From Octopus bimaculoides (lineage: Eukaryota), in NCBI RefSeq assembly GCF_001194135.2, contig NC_068982.1, positions 11,997,522 to 12,056,509 on the forward strand: a stretch of DNA of 58,988 bases, written 5' to 3'. The notes below the pieces were generated by a model. That model did not search any database and had not been told where the DNA came from. It worked only from the letters and a program-made list of their open reading frames with translations. Both the position numbers and the translations under genes were made by a program. Shown here piece by piece: positions 1 to 12,055 of the stretch; position 1 is the stretch's first letter, and the number at the start of each line of letters is the position of its first letter.

Positions 1-1092
1 TTTATTTTCAGATCATGAAAATGGAATGTCAAGTTAAGAAAAACAAGCATTTTCAACACCTCCTCCTGTTTGCTTTTAATCAAGGTTCTAAGGCCACAAA
101 AGCTGCTCGCGACATTTGTGCTGTGTATGAAGAGGGTGCCATAGCTGAAAGAACCACTCGTGATTGGTATGCCAAGTTCAAAAATGGAAATTTTTACCTC
201 AAAGATGCACCTCATTCTGGCTGTCCAGTTGAGTTCGATGAAGAACGATTAAACCAACTTTTGCACGAAAATTCTCATCAAACGACAAGAGAACTGGCAG
301 AGAAAATAGAATGTTCTCACACTGCTATAGAGAAGCATTTTCACTCAATGGGAAAGGTTCAAAAGTATGGAGCATGGGTTCCGCATGCTTTCAGTGACAA
401 CAAAAATCAATGAGCCACAATCTCTGCTGGTTTGCTTGCTCGTCACCGCTCAACTCATGGACACAAGCAACGATTTCTTTACTGAATCATTACTGGCGAC
501 AAAAAATGGTGCCTGTACATCAATATGAAGCAGCGTTAGGATTGGCTTAGCCCTGGTAAACAAGTGACACCGTGCGTGAAACAAGATCTTCATCCGCGTA
601 AAACGATGTTGTGCATATGGTGGGACTGGGAAGGGATTATCCATTATGAATTGCTTGAACAGAACCAAATGGTCAACGTGGAACTCTATTTTCAACAGAT
701 GGAACGACTAATTGGCAGCATGGAGTTCTTCAGCTGCACGACAACCCCCGCCCTCATATTGCCAATATGACCAAGGAAGCCATTCAACTGCATGGCTGGG
801 AAGTGCTGCCACACCTGCCCTACTCTCCTGATTTGGCACCAACGGATTTCTACCTCTTTCGATCTCTTTCAAATGCTATGCACGGAGTTTCATTCAATAC
901 TGATGCGGAACTGAGAGTTGAAATCGGGTGATTTCTACCAACGAGGTATTGAAAATCTTGTCGAACATTGGGAAGAAGTTGTAAACAACAAGGGTGGATA
1001 CATTATTGATTAATTAGTTGTTATTTTTTTTATTAAACCTGTTAAAAAATTTAAATTTAAATAAACAGAGGGAACTTAGTTGCCAACACAGT
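1..1092 (+). mobile_element. Mariner (DD34D) DNA transposon, disrupted transposase, 5' end cut by window start
   Basis: ORF 15-413 (HTH, GAWVPH motif) continues past stops/frameshifts through ITGDKKW, KTMLCIWWDWEG, LHDN and YSPDLAPTDFYLF. A right-TIR-like GGAACTTAGTTGCCAACAC lies at ~1072-1090. Confidence 0.92.
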
Positions 1093-1308
1093 GGATTAAT
1101 TTAAGACTTTAGCTCTTATTTCTAGCAGGTAGATGCTTGTTAAGTATCATTACGCTTCGTACAAATTCATAATTCATAGATATATAATGCTATTGCGCCT
1201 GCGATCACCAATGTCACTGCTGGTGATATCATCAATTTTAAAATTTATCCACAGATGATATGATCAGTAGTGACATCTGATTTCAAATCTCAGTGTTTGA
1301 ATATTTTG

Positions 1309-1310
<2 letters not shown>

Positions 1311-1363
<53 letters not shown>

Positions 1364-1558
1364 GTTTGTGTGTCTGAGTTTGTCCCCACCACCATCACTT
1401 GACAACCAATTCTGGCACGTAACTTAGCAGTTTGGCAAAAGATACTGATAGAATAAGTACTAGGCTTACAAAGAATAAGTCCTGGGGTTGATTTGTTTGA
1501 CTAAAGGTGGTGCTCCAGCATGGCCATAGTTAAAATGACCGAAACAAGTAAAAGAATA
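1311..1558 (+). mobile_element. SINE family A, 3' half with (TA)n
   Basis: Matches the tail of full copies (GATAGAATAAGTACTAGGCTTACAAAG...GAAACAAGTAAAAG). Confidence 0.85.
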
Positions 1559-1571
1559 GAGAGAGAGGAGG

Positions 1572-1725
1572 GGGAATTCTGAGTTCAAATACCACCAAGG
1601 TCAACTTTGCGTTTCATCCTTTTGGGATTGATAAAATAAGTACCAGTTGAGTACTGGGGTTAATGTAAGCGACTTACCTTTCCCTTAAAATTGCTGGCCT
1701 TGTGCGTAAATTTGAAACCAATATT
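1572..1725 (+). mobile_element. SINE family C, 5'-truncated
   Basis: B-box GAGTTCAAATACC followed by the family body GGTCAACTTTGCGTTTCATCC...AAGTACCAG. Confidence 0.75.
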
Positions 1726-2626
1726 ATCCAGTCTATGCCAGCATTGAAAAATAGATGCTAAAACAAAGAATATCATGGACAATGATTCTTTTAAGAGTAT
1801 TTCACAATTATTAACTAAAATTCTTCAATAAACAAACAAAAAAAAAAAATAATAATAATAAATGTTAGAGATGATAAGAAAGGATAATAGTGCTGATATT
1901 TATTTCAAAATCGTATTATTTATATTTTCATTGATTTTTTAAAATATTTATGTTTCTATACATTGTTAAAATATTTTGATTAAAATTATTGATGTTTATT
2001 TTCAAAGCCTTCTATATTAATTTTATCTTCGGTCATTAGTTTTTCCAAAGAGTAAGCTCAGTTTATTGTTTTTTTTAATCAGCAATTCACTCTTTTCTTC
2101 TTCTTTATTTCAAATATATTCATATTTATACTGACAATTTTATTGTTTCACTTTTTTTCTTTTTATCTCATAGGATTAAAATTTTCTGATAACATAATTG
2201 CTTAGTGCACTTTTAAATTCAATAATTTTTTACAGTTTATATATGCATAATTTTTGTGGTTTTGAATTTGATGAAGTGAACATTTTAGTTGTGATCTCAA
2301 GATGTTTATAACTAATGTTCATTTGTCATTAAACATAAAATAAATGCACAAATTCAAGCAAACTGCCACCCATTTACACCATTTAACAAAACTGTGAGAA
2401 ACTTCCCTTTGGAAAATTTTAATACAATTATTAGTATTAGTAACTGTGTGTTCTTAAGTACAGCTAGTCAGGTCAAGGTTAGCATTTTGGTAGTTTGGTG
2501 TATTGACCCCATGACATTGGTTGGTGTAAATTTTTGTATGCTGTGTACTCACTTTGAGTCAGAAGATGAAAATATATGCAGCCTTATCTGCTGCAGTTTT
2601 ATACCTATTTGTGTACCAGTTGATAG

Positions 2627-3008
2627 TGGAGGCGCAATGGCCCAGTGGTTAGGGCAGTGGACTCATGGTCATAGGATCGCGGTTTCGATTCCCAGACCAG
2701 GCGTTGTGAGTGTTTATTGAGCGAAAACACCTAAAGCTCCATGAGGCTCCGGCAGGGGATGGTGGCGAACCCTGCTGTACTCTTTCACCACAACTTTCTC
2801 TCACTCTTACTTCCTGTTTCTATTGTGCCTGTAATTCAAAGGGTCAGCCTTGTCATACTGTGTCACGCTGAATATCCCCGAGAACCACGTTAAGGGTACA
2901 CGTGTCTGTGGAGTGCTCAGCCACTTGCACGTTAATTTCACGAGCAGGCTGTTCTGTTGATCGGATCAACTGGAACCCTCGAAGTCGTAAGCGACGGAGT
3001 GCCAACAA
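2627..3008 (+). mobile_element. SINE family B, full length, tRNA-derived head
   Basis: A-box TGGCCCAGTGG, B-box-like GTTTCGATTCC and the shared family tail. Flanked by a near-identical 10-bp TSD CCAGTTGATA/CCGGTTGATA. Confidence 0.88.
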
Positions 3009-3039
3009 CCGGTTGATATGAATATCTGTTATCACTCAC

Positions 3040-3400
3040 GGAGTTGATGATAGGAGCCACCATGCAAATTTCAAGGAATCTGACAGGTTTGTTAGACACT
3101 TCATGTAGATATTTCCAACTCAGTTTGAGACTTCATCACCATAATAATATAAAAGCAGCACTTTTGGTGGTTACACCACCATTTCCATTATGACTTCCTA
3201 TCAAATTCATACATGTTCAGCAAATTCTTCTGGTCCTTCATGGAATTTACAGTCGCATCCAGCCATGCCAGTTTTATTGAATTTACAATCCTCACAGTAA
3301 CAACAGTTTGCATAAATAAACAGCGCATGCTTTAAAACGGTTGATGTAAATATACACGGAACCATTGTTGTGCGCTAATTGCTGATCTCAGCCAAAATGA
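3040..3400 (-). pseudogene. Highly degenerate hAT (Charlie/GTF2IRD2-like) transposase fossil
   Basis: Minus-strand pieces such as MQTVVTVRIVNSIK and LLYYYGDEV resemble hAT motifs. Many stops. Confidence 0.35.
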
Positions 3401-4619
3401 TTACTGTTAGTATATCCTAGTTGCCTGATAATAAAATAAAACTGTTGTCATAGGGTTAAAATGTCATAATTGCTTATTATGAATTCTGCATCTGCATATG
3501 TGCCAATGCAGAGTTTAAAATTATGTCATATTTTAGTCTTAAAAAACAGAAAGAAATCATGAATTCTGTGAATTCTGGACCAAATTCAGCTGCTTTAATT
3601 AAATGTATCCTGGAGGCAAAGTTATTAATACTTAGAAAAAAAAATCTAACTGGGTATTTAGCTTAAAAGTTCACAATCAGTTTAGCAGCTTTGGTGAATT
3701 TTCCTTTAATCTCTCACTACAAATAATAAATACTAGATTAGTTTTTATGCTCACTTGTTAGTTTTTCAGAACTATCTTTTATGATTAAAAACAAAATAAA
3801 GAAGAAAAGTAAAAACAGGAGAGAAACTGTAAATAAGTCTTCACAGGGAAACAAAGACGAAAACAAAATCTCACTGGATATTTATGCTTGTATCATCGTT
3901 ATCAGATTCATTTTGTATTAACTATTCATTTCATGGTTGAGACTTTGCTGTATACACAAATGTTCTGGTTTGCCTGTAGTTATGCTGACACAAAATACAA
4001 GTGGGGAATATAATCAGAATTGAACTATAAAACTAGAAAAGATAATTTCCAGTCAGTTCATTAATGTATTTTATTTTATTCAATTTGATTTAATTATGAG
4101 GCACAGAAATATGAATATACCTTCATGCCTTATTCTTTGCTGGCAAAGATCAATATTGACAGATTTCCAATTTCTCTGGAGTTCTGCTCTACATTTTAAG
4201 CTTTTGGCTGATAATAAAGCTTCTGCTATTTTCACAGATGTTTGTTTTTCTGTTGTATGATTCTTTGATGCCTCAAAGCCCCATACAGCTTGTCAATCTG
4301 AGATTGTGATTCAGGTAATATTTAAAGCTGGTTTCTGTTTTTGTTTTCTATTATTTGAAGCAGTGCTAGCTACTGTATGCCACTTAGCCTTTACGTATTG
4401 TTAATATGCCTAGTAATCTTATGATAATGATCAAAGTATGCAGAGCAGTTTAGCAGTTGTTTTTACATAGTGACTCAGAGTTTTGAATACTAAACTGGAT
4501 TTCATCAATGAAAGCATCAAATCAGAAAAAGACATACAAGGGTAGGCAATAGTAGGTATGCAGCTGCTTAATATGAGTAGAAAGTTCTTTTCATTTCTAT
4601 ATCACAAATGCAATGTAAA

Positions 4620-5240
4620 GTGACCAAGACCTTTGGAGATATGCTGTGCTTGAGAAGACCTAGCAAGCCAAGTGACATCATAGCCATGGTTGATGCCAGT
4701 GTCGCATAACTGGCCTGTTTAAAGTACCCTTCAATAGTCAGGCAATATGATGTACTTGAGAAGACCTGTGGCCGATGCCAGTACCACCTGACTGGCACAT
4801 AAAAGGCACCATTCAAATGTGACTGATGCCAGTGCTGCTTGACTGGAACCCATGCTGGTGACATGTAAAAAGAACTATTCGAGCATGGTCAACGCCAGTG
4901 CCACCTGACTGGCCCCCCATGCTGGTGGCATGTAAATAGCATCATTCAGGCATGGTTGATGCTTGTTCTGCCTTACTGGCTCCCATGCCAGTGGCACATA
5001 AAAAGCACCATTCAAGCATGATTGATGTCAGTGCCACCTGACTGTCTCCTGTGTTGGTGGCACATAAAAAAAGCACCCACTACATTCTCGGAGTGGTTGG
5101 TGTTAGGAATGGCTTCCAGCTGTAGAAACTTGCCAGATCTGATTGGAGCCTGGTGCAGCCTCCTGGCTTGCCAGTCCTCAGTCAAACTGTCCAACCCATG
5201 CCAGCATGGGAAGCAAGCATTAAATGGTGATGATGACGAT
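4620..5240 (+). mobile_element. RTE LINE 3' end (family D): last codons, tandem-repeat 3'UTR and (GAT)n tail
   Basis: Starts with DQDLWRYAVLEKT*-type codons, then ~60-nt repeat units, the AGGAA(G)GGC..CCAGCTGTAG motif and a GATGAT tail. Confidence 0.8.
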
Positions 5241-5334
5241 AATATGAGTTCTATGATTCTATGTTCTTTTTAATCAATTCTTTCTAAAATAAAATAATTA
5301 TTCTTAATTTCTGATATTTATTATATAGCTGGCA

Positions 5335-5765
5335 AATTTACTAACGATGAAGGAAAGTAGAGGATAATCAAGCAGTACAGGAAAACAGAGAATGCAGAAA
5401 TGGTTAGACAGACATGGACTGAAGAATTTCAAAGACCAGCTCCATCAAAATTAACAGTTTGCAGAATATGTGAGAAATTTGAGCAGACTGGATCAATTTG
5501 CAACCCACAGAAAAAGAGGTCAACAGGTCAGTGTTACCACTGAAGAAAATGATTAAATTGACCCCGGTATGCAACTGGTACTTAATTTATCGAGCCTGAA
5601 AGGACGAAAGGCAAAGTTGACCTTGGTGGAATTTGAACTCAGAACATAAAAACAGACGAAATACCGCTAAGCATTTTGCCTGGTGTGTTAACGTTTCTGC
5701 CAGCTCGCTGCCTTAAAAAAGAAGTAGAAGAATGGAAAGAACATTCCACTAAGCAACTTTATTAA
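5335..5765 (+). pseudogene. Tc1/mariner transposase N-terminal fragment (DUF4817-like HTH), interrupted by a SINE
   Basis: IIKQYRKTENAEMVRQTWTEEFQRPAPSKLTVCRICEKFEQTGSI; SINE C at 5551-5713 splits it. Confidence 0.7.
5551..5713 (-). mobile_element. SINE family C
   Basis: Head AGGCAGCGAGCTGGCAGAAACG with B-box GAGTTCAAATTCC on the minus strand. Confidence 0.85.
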
Positions 5766-6027
5766 GCAACTTTTTCCCACTCCTATATTGCCCAGTTTAA
5801 AATTAGTTGTGGATTTTTAGATTAGGAAAGCCACTCACTAAATATTCTTAAATCACATTGCTAATGTTTCTTTGATCTAGATGTGGAAGCTCTATTTTTT
5901 ACACAAGTAAAATCTAATTTTTGCTTATGTAAAAACTACTCAAATACAGACATGTATGAAATTTCACCTTAGTTTTCTTTCAAATTGACAGATTAACTTT
6001 CATCAATAGATGAACAGAAATCTAACA

Positions 6028-6232
6028 TGTATGTATGTGTCTGTCCGCCCCCCCCCCCACTGCTTGACAACCGATGTTGGTATGTTTATGTCCCCATAAC
6101 ATAGTGGTTCAGCAGAAAAGACTGATAGAATAAGTACTAGGCTTACAAAGAATAAGTTCAGGGGTCGACTTCTCTGACTAAAAGCAGTGCTCCAGCATGG
6201 CCCCAGTCAAATGACTGAAACAAGTAAAAGAA
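6028..6232 (+). mobile_element. SINE family A, 3' half
   Basis: Matches the family A tail. Confidence 0.8.
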
Positions 6233-6289
6233 TAAATGTACATTAGATCATTGTTGTCATGATTCTCATCCTTCCTTTTCTCCACCACC

Positions 6290-6690
6290 GCCTCCTCGTC
6301 ATTTTAATGTCCAGTTTTCCATGCTTGATAGGTCAGATGAAATTTGTTTGTGATAGGTTTTCTATAGCCAGATGCCTTTCTTGTCAATGACTCTCACCTG
6401 TTTCCCAGCAAAGAAATACCAATTCTTTTGGAAACTTGTAACAGTGAAAATAATGATGCATGTTTACAGCAATGGCATGATGTCAAGACAGGCACACACA
6501 CACACACACACATTACAGACTGCGTTTAATTTTTAAAATTTCTTCTTGCTTCCTTCTACCAAATTGATTCCTAAATCTTTGGCTGACCCAATATCATAGT
6601 TGAAGACACGTGCCCTAAGTGCCACACAGTAGGCCGGAACCCAAAACTACAAGGTTAAAAAGTGGACTTCTCAGTCACATAGTTTCAGCT
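6290..6690 (-). mobile_element. SINE family A2 (A-type head, RTE-like tail), degenerate
   Basis: A-type head on the minus strand and a tail ending GGACATTAAAATGACGAGG. Confidence 0.6.
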
Positions 6691-7624
6691 GTGTCTAGAT
6701 GAATAATTAAAACGCCTCACTCACAATCTAATGGTTCAAATCTTGACTGTCAATTGAATTATTCAACTCATCTGCCTACTTTTTTTTTATTGGTTTAACA
6801 AATGCTACACTGCACTGTTCTTTAAGGATAGAGTAATATAGATTGCCAACAGAACTTTAATTTTTTCTTCAGCAATTGTATGAATGTGTTTGGATGAATG
6901 GTTATGAATATTTTGCATTATTAAAATGTCATATAATCAGTGATAATAGGTTTTTATGTGAATTGAAGGAATGAGTTTGAAAATTTGGCATTTAAACATT
7001 TTTATTTTAATATCATAATGTGAACAATAGCACCAACAGTTATAAGTTTCCAACTGGCCACTCATTTTGTTTACTGCATTTTGCAATTCAAAAGCGACAA
7101 AAGATTGTCTCCGTAACTCCTCAGGCAGAATAAATACTGATATACCTTCTTCAATTTTCTCATTCACAAACACATACAAACACACTCACAAGCACACACA
7201 TTACATACACACTCAACAATCACCCATACAGTTTCTGTCTATCAATTTTTATTTATATGGCATTGGCCAATCCAAAGATGATGAGAGCAGACACAATGGT
7301 GCTGCCAGTGTGATTGAACCTAGATATGCATCATTGTGAAGTAAGCTCCTTAACTACACAGCCATTCTTGCACTCATTGAAAGACCTTTTATGATTATTA
7401 TATTTTAACGAGCAGCCATGGGTTCAGATACAGGCTTGGCTGTGTGGTAAGAAGTTTGCTTTCGGCCCCTACTCCTTGAAAATGGTAGAGGAGTAGGGGC
7501 CGACACAGGACGTGGTTCCTCCTGATGATGTCTTTAACCACTGGATCCTATAAAAGAGCTCTTGAGGTAGCAAACCATGAAACTTGGTTGGAATTCCTTC
7601 CTAAGGAGCAGCCATGGGTTTAGA

Positions 7625-8398
7625 TGCAGGCTTGGTTGTGTGGTAAGAAGTTTGCTTCTCAGCCACTTGGGTTCAGTCCTGCTGTATGGCATCTTGGGCC
7701 AAAGTCTGTTACTAGAGCTCCAGGCTGACCAAAACCTTATTAGTGGATTTGGTAGATGGAAACTGAAAGAATCCCATCGCATATATGAGTGTATGTTATT
7801 TTCTCCTTGGCTTGATTTCATGTGATTGCTGTAAACGAATGTCCCTGTCATGTAAGTGGTGTTGTTTGTTTTCAGTCTTCCATAGAAACATGGCTACTCT
7901 TTTACTTGTTTCAGTCATTTGACTGTGGCCATGCTGGAGCACCGCCTTTAGTCGAGCAAATCGACCCCAGGACTTATTGTTTGTAAGCCTAGTACTTATT
8001 CTATTGGTCTCTTTTGCCGAACCGCTAAGTTATGGGGACGTAAACACACCAGCATTGGTTGTCAAGCGATGTTGGGGGGACAAACACAGACACACAAACA
8101 TGCACACACGTACATATATATACATATATACGACAGGCTTCTTTTAGTTTCTGTTTACCAAATCCAGTGACAAGGCTTTGGTCGGTCCGAGGCTATAGTA
8201 GAAGACACTTGCCCAAGGTGTCACACAGTGGGACTGAACCCGGAACCATGCGGTTGGTAAGCAAGCTACTTACCACACAGTCACTCCTACGCCTGGTCAC
8301 AAGAAAACATCACCTTTCATGAAACAGGTGAGAGCTGGTGTCAGAAATGGGCATCTGGCTGTAAAAAAATCTCCCTCAACAAATTCTGTCTGACCCAT
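7625..8398 (+). mobile_element. SINE family A2 split by an opposite-strand family A insertion
   Basis: 5' part at ~7625-7895 and 3' part at ~8293-8398 rejoin into the layout of the 16150-16572 copy. Confidence 0.7.
7896..8292 (-). mobile_element. SINE family A, full length (tRNA head + CORE-like region; resembles octopus OR-type CORE SINEs)
   Basis: A-box-like TGACTGTGTGG, B-box GGTTCAGTCCC, CORE-like ACCTTGGGCAAGTGTCTT, internal (TA/TG)n and conserved tail. Confidence 0.9.
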
Positions 8399-9283
8399 TT
8401 TCTTTCCTTTTCTTTCTTTTTTGTCAGACCCACTACAAGAAAAGTCCTCCTGATATTGTCATATCATGACAGTATTTTTGTAAAACATATAGTGACGAGG
8501 AGAATGTTAGTTTCAATTGTCTAGCATAATTTATTCTTACCCTTTTATTGGTTGTCTGCAAAGTTCTCTTTCCACAATTGAAAAGGAAACAAATAAACAA
8601 TTTATCAGCGAAATGTGTGAAAAATTTTAATGCATTCTCCAATATTTTTGATCAATAGAAAACAATCTATATACCATTCCTTCTGTTACTGTTATGTCTC
8701 AAAACCGAAATTGTTTCTGAGATTCTTATTTTTGATGTCTCACCTAGACTAGCTCTCACTTGTAACCACAATGTTGCAACCTGCAAGTTGTTTAAAATTG
8801 TAATCAGCACACTTAAATAGAATCTCTTCTGCATTCCTTAAGGGCCTTTAATATGAGATGATTATGTATTGGTAAATGAAGACAGTTAAAATTTCCAATG
8901 AATTTGTATGCGGTGTCAATAATATGAAACTGATGTTTGTTGAAGATAAGAATTTTGAATGTAGCCAGTCAATAGGTAAGTTAATAGATGATATACCTTA
9001 CATTATAAGCAAGCGCGTGCTTCTAGTAGTATTATAAATACTCTATATCAAGTATGATCATTAATTTTCTTGTGGTAGGGAAGAAAAAGTAAAAAGAAAA
9101 AGAAAAATGCAAAAGAGAGATACTAGCAATATAAAATTTTAGTCACATATTTTAAAACCTATTTTTCATGCTATTATTGAGTTTGAGAAAATAAATTAAA
9201 TAGACAAAACATACTATGGAAATTAATTGCTAGTGAGGAGACGGTATTTCATTTTGCAATCATAATATACGTCCAAGTATATT

Positions 9284-9724
9284 CTTTTCTACTTTAGGCA
9301 CAAAGACCGAACCTTTTGGAGAGGGGGAGGCAGTCAATTAGATTGACCCCAGTATGCAACTGGTACTTAATTTATCGACCCCCAAAAAGATGAAAGGCAA
9401 AGTCGACCTCAGCGGAATTTGAACTCAGAACATAAAGACAGGTGAAATACCACTAAACATTTCGCCAGGCGTGCTAATGTTTCTGCCAGCTTGCTACCTT
9501 TAATTATATTCTTTTCTACTCTAGGCACAAGGCCTGAAATTTTTGGCGAGGGGGCCAGTCGATTAGATCGACCCCAATATGCAACTGGTACGTAATTTAT
9601 CGATCCTGAAAAGGTGAAAGGCAAAGTCGACCTTGGCGGAATTTGAACTCAGAATGCAAAGACAAATGAAATACTGCTAAGCATTTCGCTCGGCATGCTA
9701 ATGTTTCTGCCAGCTCGCCACTTG
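9284..9724 (-). mobile_element. Head-to-tail dimer of SINE family C inside one 17-bp TSD
   Basis: Two units (~9284-9500, ~9505-9724). ATACGTCCAAGTATATT occurs at 9267-9283 and 9725-9741. Confidence 0.88.
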
Positions 9725-11346
9725 ATACGTCCAAGTATATTAAAGGTTTACAAGTCAGTACTGTGCCTTACTTTTGTGTTAGCAGTGCAATGTTCTCATG
9801 TTTATAAATTTTAGAAAACTATGGAAATTATTAATCTCTATCAGAGTTCCAACCACATTTGTTCTATAAAAGAAACTTATGGTTTTGGTTTCATGTTGTA
9901 TGAACAACTTTCATGGTATTATACACAATTGTTTTTTAATAAATTTGGTTGGAGGGGGGGGGGAGTCAACTATATCACCTTCAGTATTTTATTAGTATTT
10001 TTGGTAGTGACCCTAGAAGAAAGGAAATTAAAGTTGACCCCTGTAGATGTTTAACTCAGAACATAGCAGGAATGACACTTATTTCTTTGACTTTTCTCCA
10101 CCAATTCTGTCAGGCCGTTATTAATAAGTCAAAGAAAGTAAAATACAGTAAAATAAATTGATCAATATTCTATTTATCTCATACAAATGAGAAAGACAGT
10201 TGCTTGACTTTTCCTGATTAGAAATATTTGTCACTGAATAATTAGCACCATTGACTTTAAGGAACTGGGAAATTATCAAGTTTACATTCATGCTTTTGCC
10301 AAAACCATTAATAACACAAGTAAAGAGAAAATAAGATGCCTGGGAATTTAAAAAAAAAAAAATGAGGTCAGAACCTTAAATATTCAGATACCTTTTGCCT
10401 TATACCTACTATTTTAAGGATGAAATGATGAAGCCAGTGTGAACTTTATGTTAAAAATATATCATAATCTATTTTAGTTTCAGATTATTTTCCTCTTATT
10501 TACTGAAATGCTTTTCTATTATTCTATCTACATAACAATATCAAAAGACTGTCATATAGTTCTTTAAACAAAGGGGAAGAAAAATTACTTTGTAATTTTT
10601 TTTTTTTTTAATGTGTGTTTCTAATAAGATTTTAAGCAGTTTTCTTGTATTTGAGTCGATCTTTAAAATCCGAAATTCATATGATTTTACTTTTATCTTC
10701 AAGTTGTAATTTTCAAGCTGTAATTAGAAAACAATTCATTCAAAAGAAAGAAATTATCACTATAAAACTGATATTGTTTTTGGTTTTACATTTTTCTTTA
10801 CCAAATTTTGTTTAGTATTTCCTGAATTTCTTTCTGTTAATAGCCTTTCTTGTTAATGTTGCCATTTGTTGATGGAAAATTGATGGGAAAAAAAAACAAT
10901 TGCTAGTAGCATTATTGAAAATAAAAAAAATAAACGTTATATTAGAAACATAAAAGTTTCTATTTTTTTGCTTCGTTTAACAGATTAGGATGTTACCAGC
11001 TGTTCAATATTTTTCTAATCATACATTAAGTAAAAAAAAAAAAAAGGGATGTTTTCATGTATTTCTTTCTCTTAATTTCTCAAAAATCAAAATTTCTCAA
11101 CCCTCAGTAATTCATTAATTTCTTTCCTTTTGTTGTATTAATAATTTTTGGAAATCCTCCTCTGTACAGCATTCTTTGTTTTCAAAATCAATGGAAATTA
11201 TTTCCTCTGCTTATTCATATACATTATTTATAAGTATACGAGTCACATTGTCTGATCTGATTGAAATGATATTTAAGCAACATAACAGTTCTTTTTTCCT
11301 AAGATTTTTAACAATTTTACTTCTTTTTTGTTGTTGTTATTTATAG

Positions 11347-11498
11347 CTTAATCAAAAGACAAAGAATAGTGTCCGTGACCTTTTTAGAAAGTCTCCAGGA
11401 CTGGTATGGGAAAGAGAGGAAGATACAAGATATTTTGATGTCCTACTTCCAACTATGACAACTCAAAAATTGTTCTATCTTTATGCTGGAAAGCGCTG
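11347..11498 (+). CDS. Candidate exon of an unidentified host gene (LNQKTKNSVRDLFRKSPGLVWEREEDTRYFDVLLPTMTTQKLFYLYAGKR)
   Basis: Long pyrimidine tract + TAG acceptor and an open non-repetitive frame. Possible donors at 11404 (GTATGG) or 11499 (GTATAA), or read-through to the stop at ~11530. No homology recognised. Confidence 0.35.
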
Positions 11499-12055
11499 GT
11501 ATAAATACTTGAAACAGAATGGACACTGATAAAGATACCCTGATGGTGGTATTAAGAAAACCAGAGACCAATTAAGTCTACTGCCTGTTTGATTAGCTTC
11601 CATACAATTCCTGTCTACCCTATTTTGAAATTTCCCTTACATGTGGCTAAGGACAACCTTAAGCTATCATAGAAAACACTTGGTGAAAGTGAAGCATCAC
11701 GGGATCAGATGTGGAGGCACAGGATTCCAAAGGAAACTTTCAAAACCCACAAATATGCTTTCACTATTTTTACTGAATGTTGATCAGTACAGTAGAACCA
11801 CACAGTACGAGTGCCCCACTGTACAAGTAATTTGCTGTACAAGCCGAGACTTGTGTGAATTTTTGTCTTGAACTACGAGCAGTACAAGCACACAAATTGT
11901 CCCATCTTTAAGGTAATTCAGTTAATAAAACCAGATTACATATTTCTTTTGCATTCTCTTTTTTATAATTGTCATTTTACTTTTAACTACATCTTTTCTG
12001 TTTTAAACCCCATAAAAATTATCTTTGAGTGGTTTTCCAGAGCTGGAACGGAATA

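Noticed and set aside
2627-2705. tRNA-like sequences (also SINE A, B and C heads and 51278-51345)
   Set aside because: A and B boxes are present, but there is no complete cloverleaf or acceptor stem and each runs into a SINE body. These are SINE heads, not tRNA genes.
4620-5240. Regularly spaced hairpin repeats suggesting a CRISPR array (also 21164-21628, 54465-55189, 58685-58988)
   Set aside because: The units are degenerate copies of each other without unique spacers. They sit between RTE C-terminal codons and a (GAT)n tail, and there are no cas genes in a eukaryotic context.
7487-7600. CTGATGA and GAAA motifs as another hammerhead (also 53570-53615)
   Set aside because: No stem II can be formed between the motifs and there is no NUH site with stems I and III in the required order.
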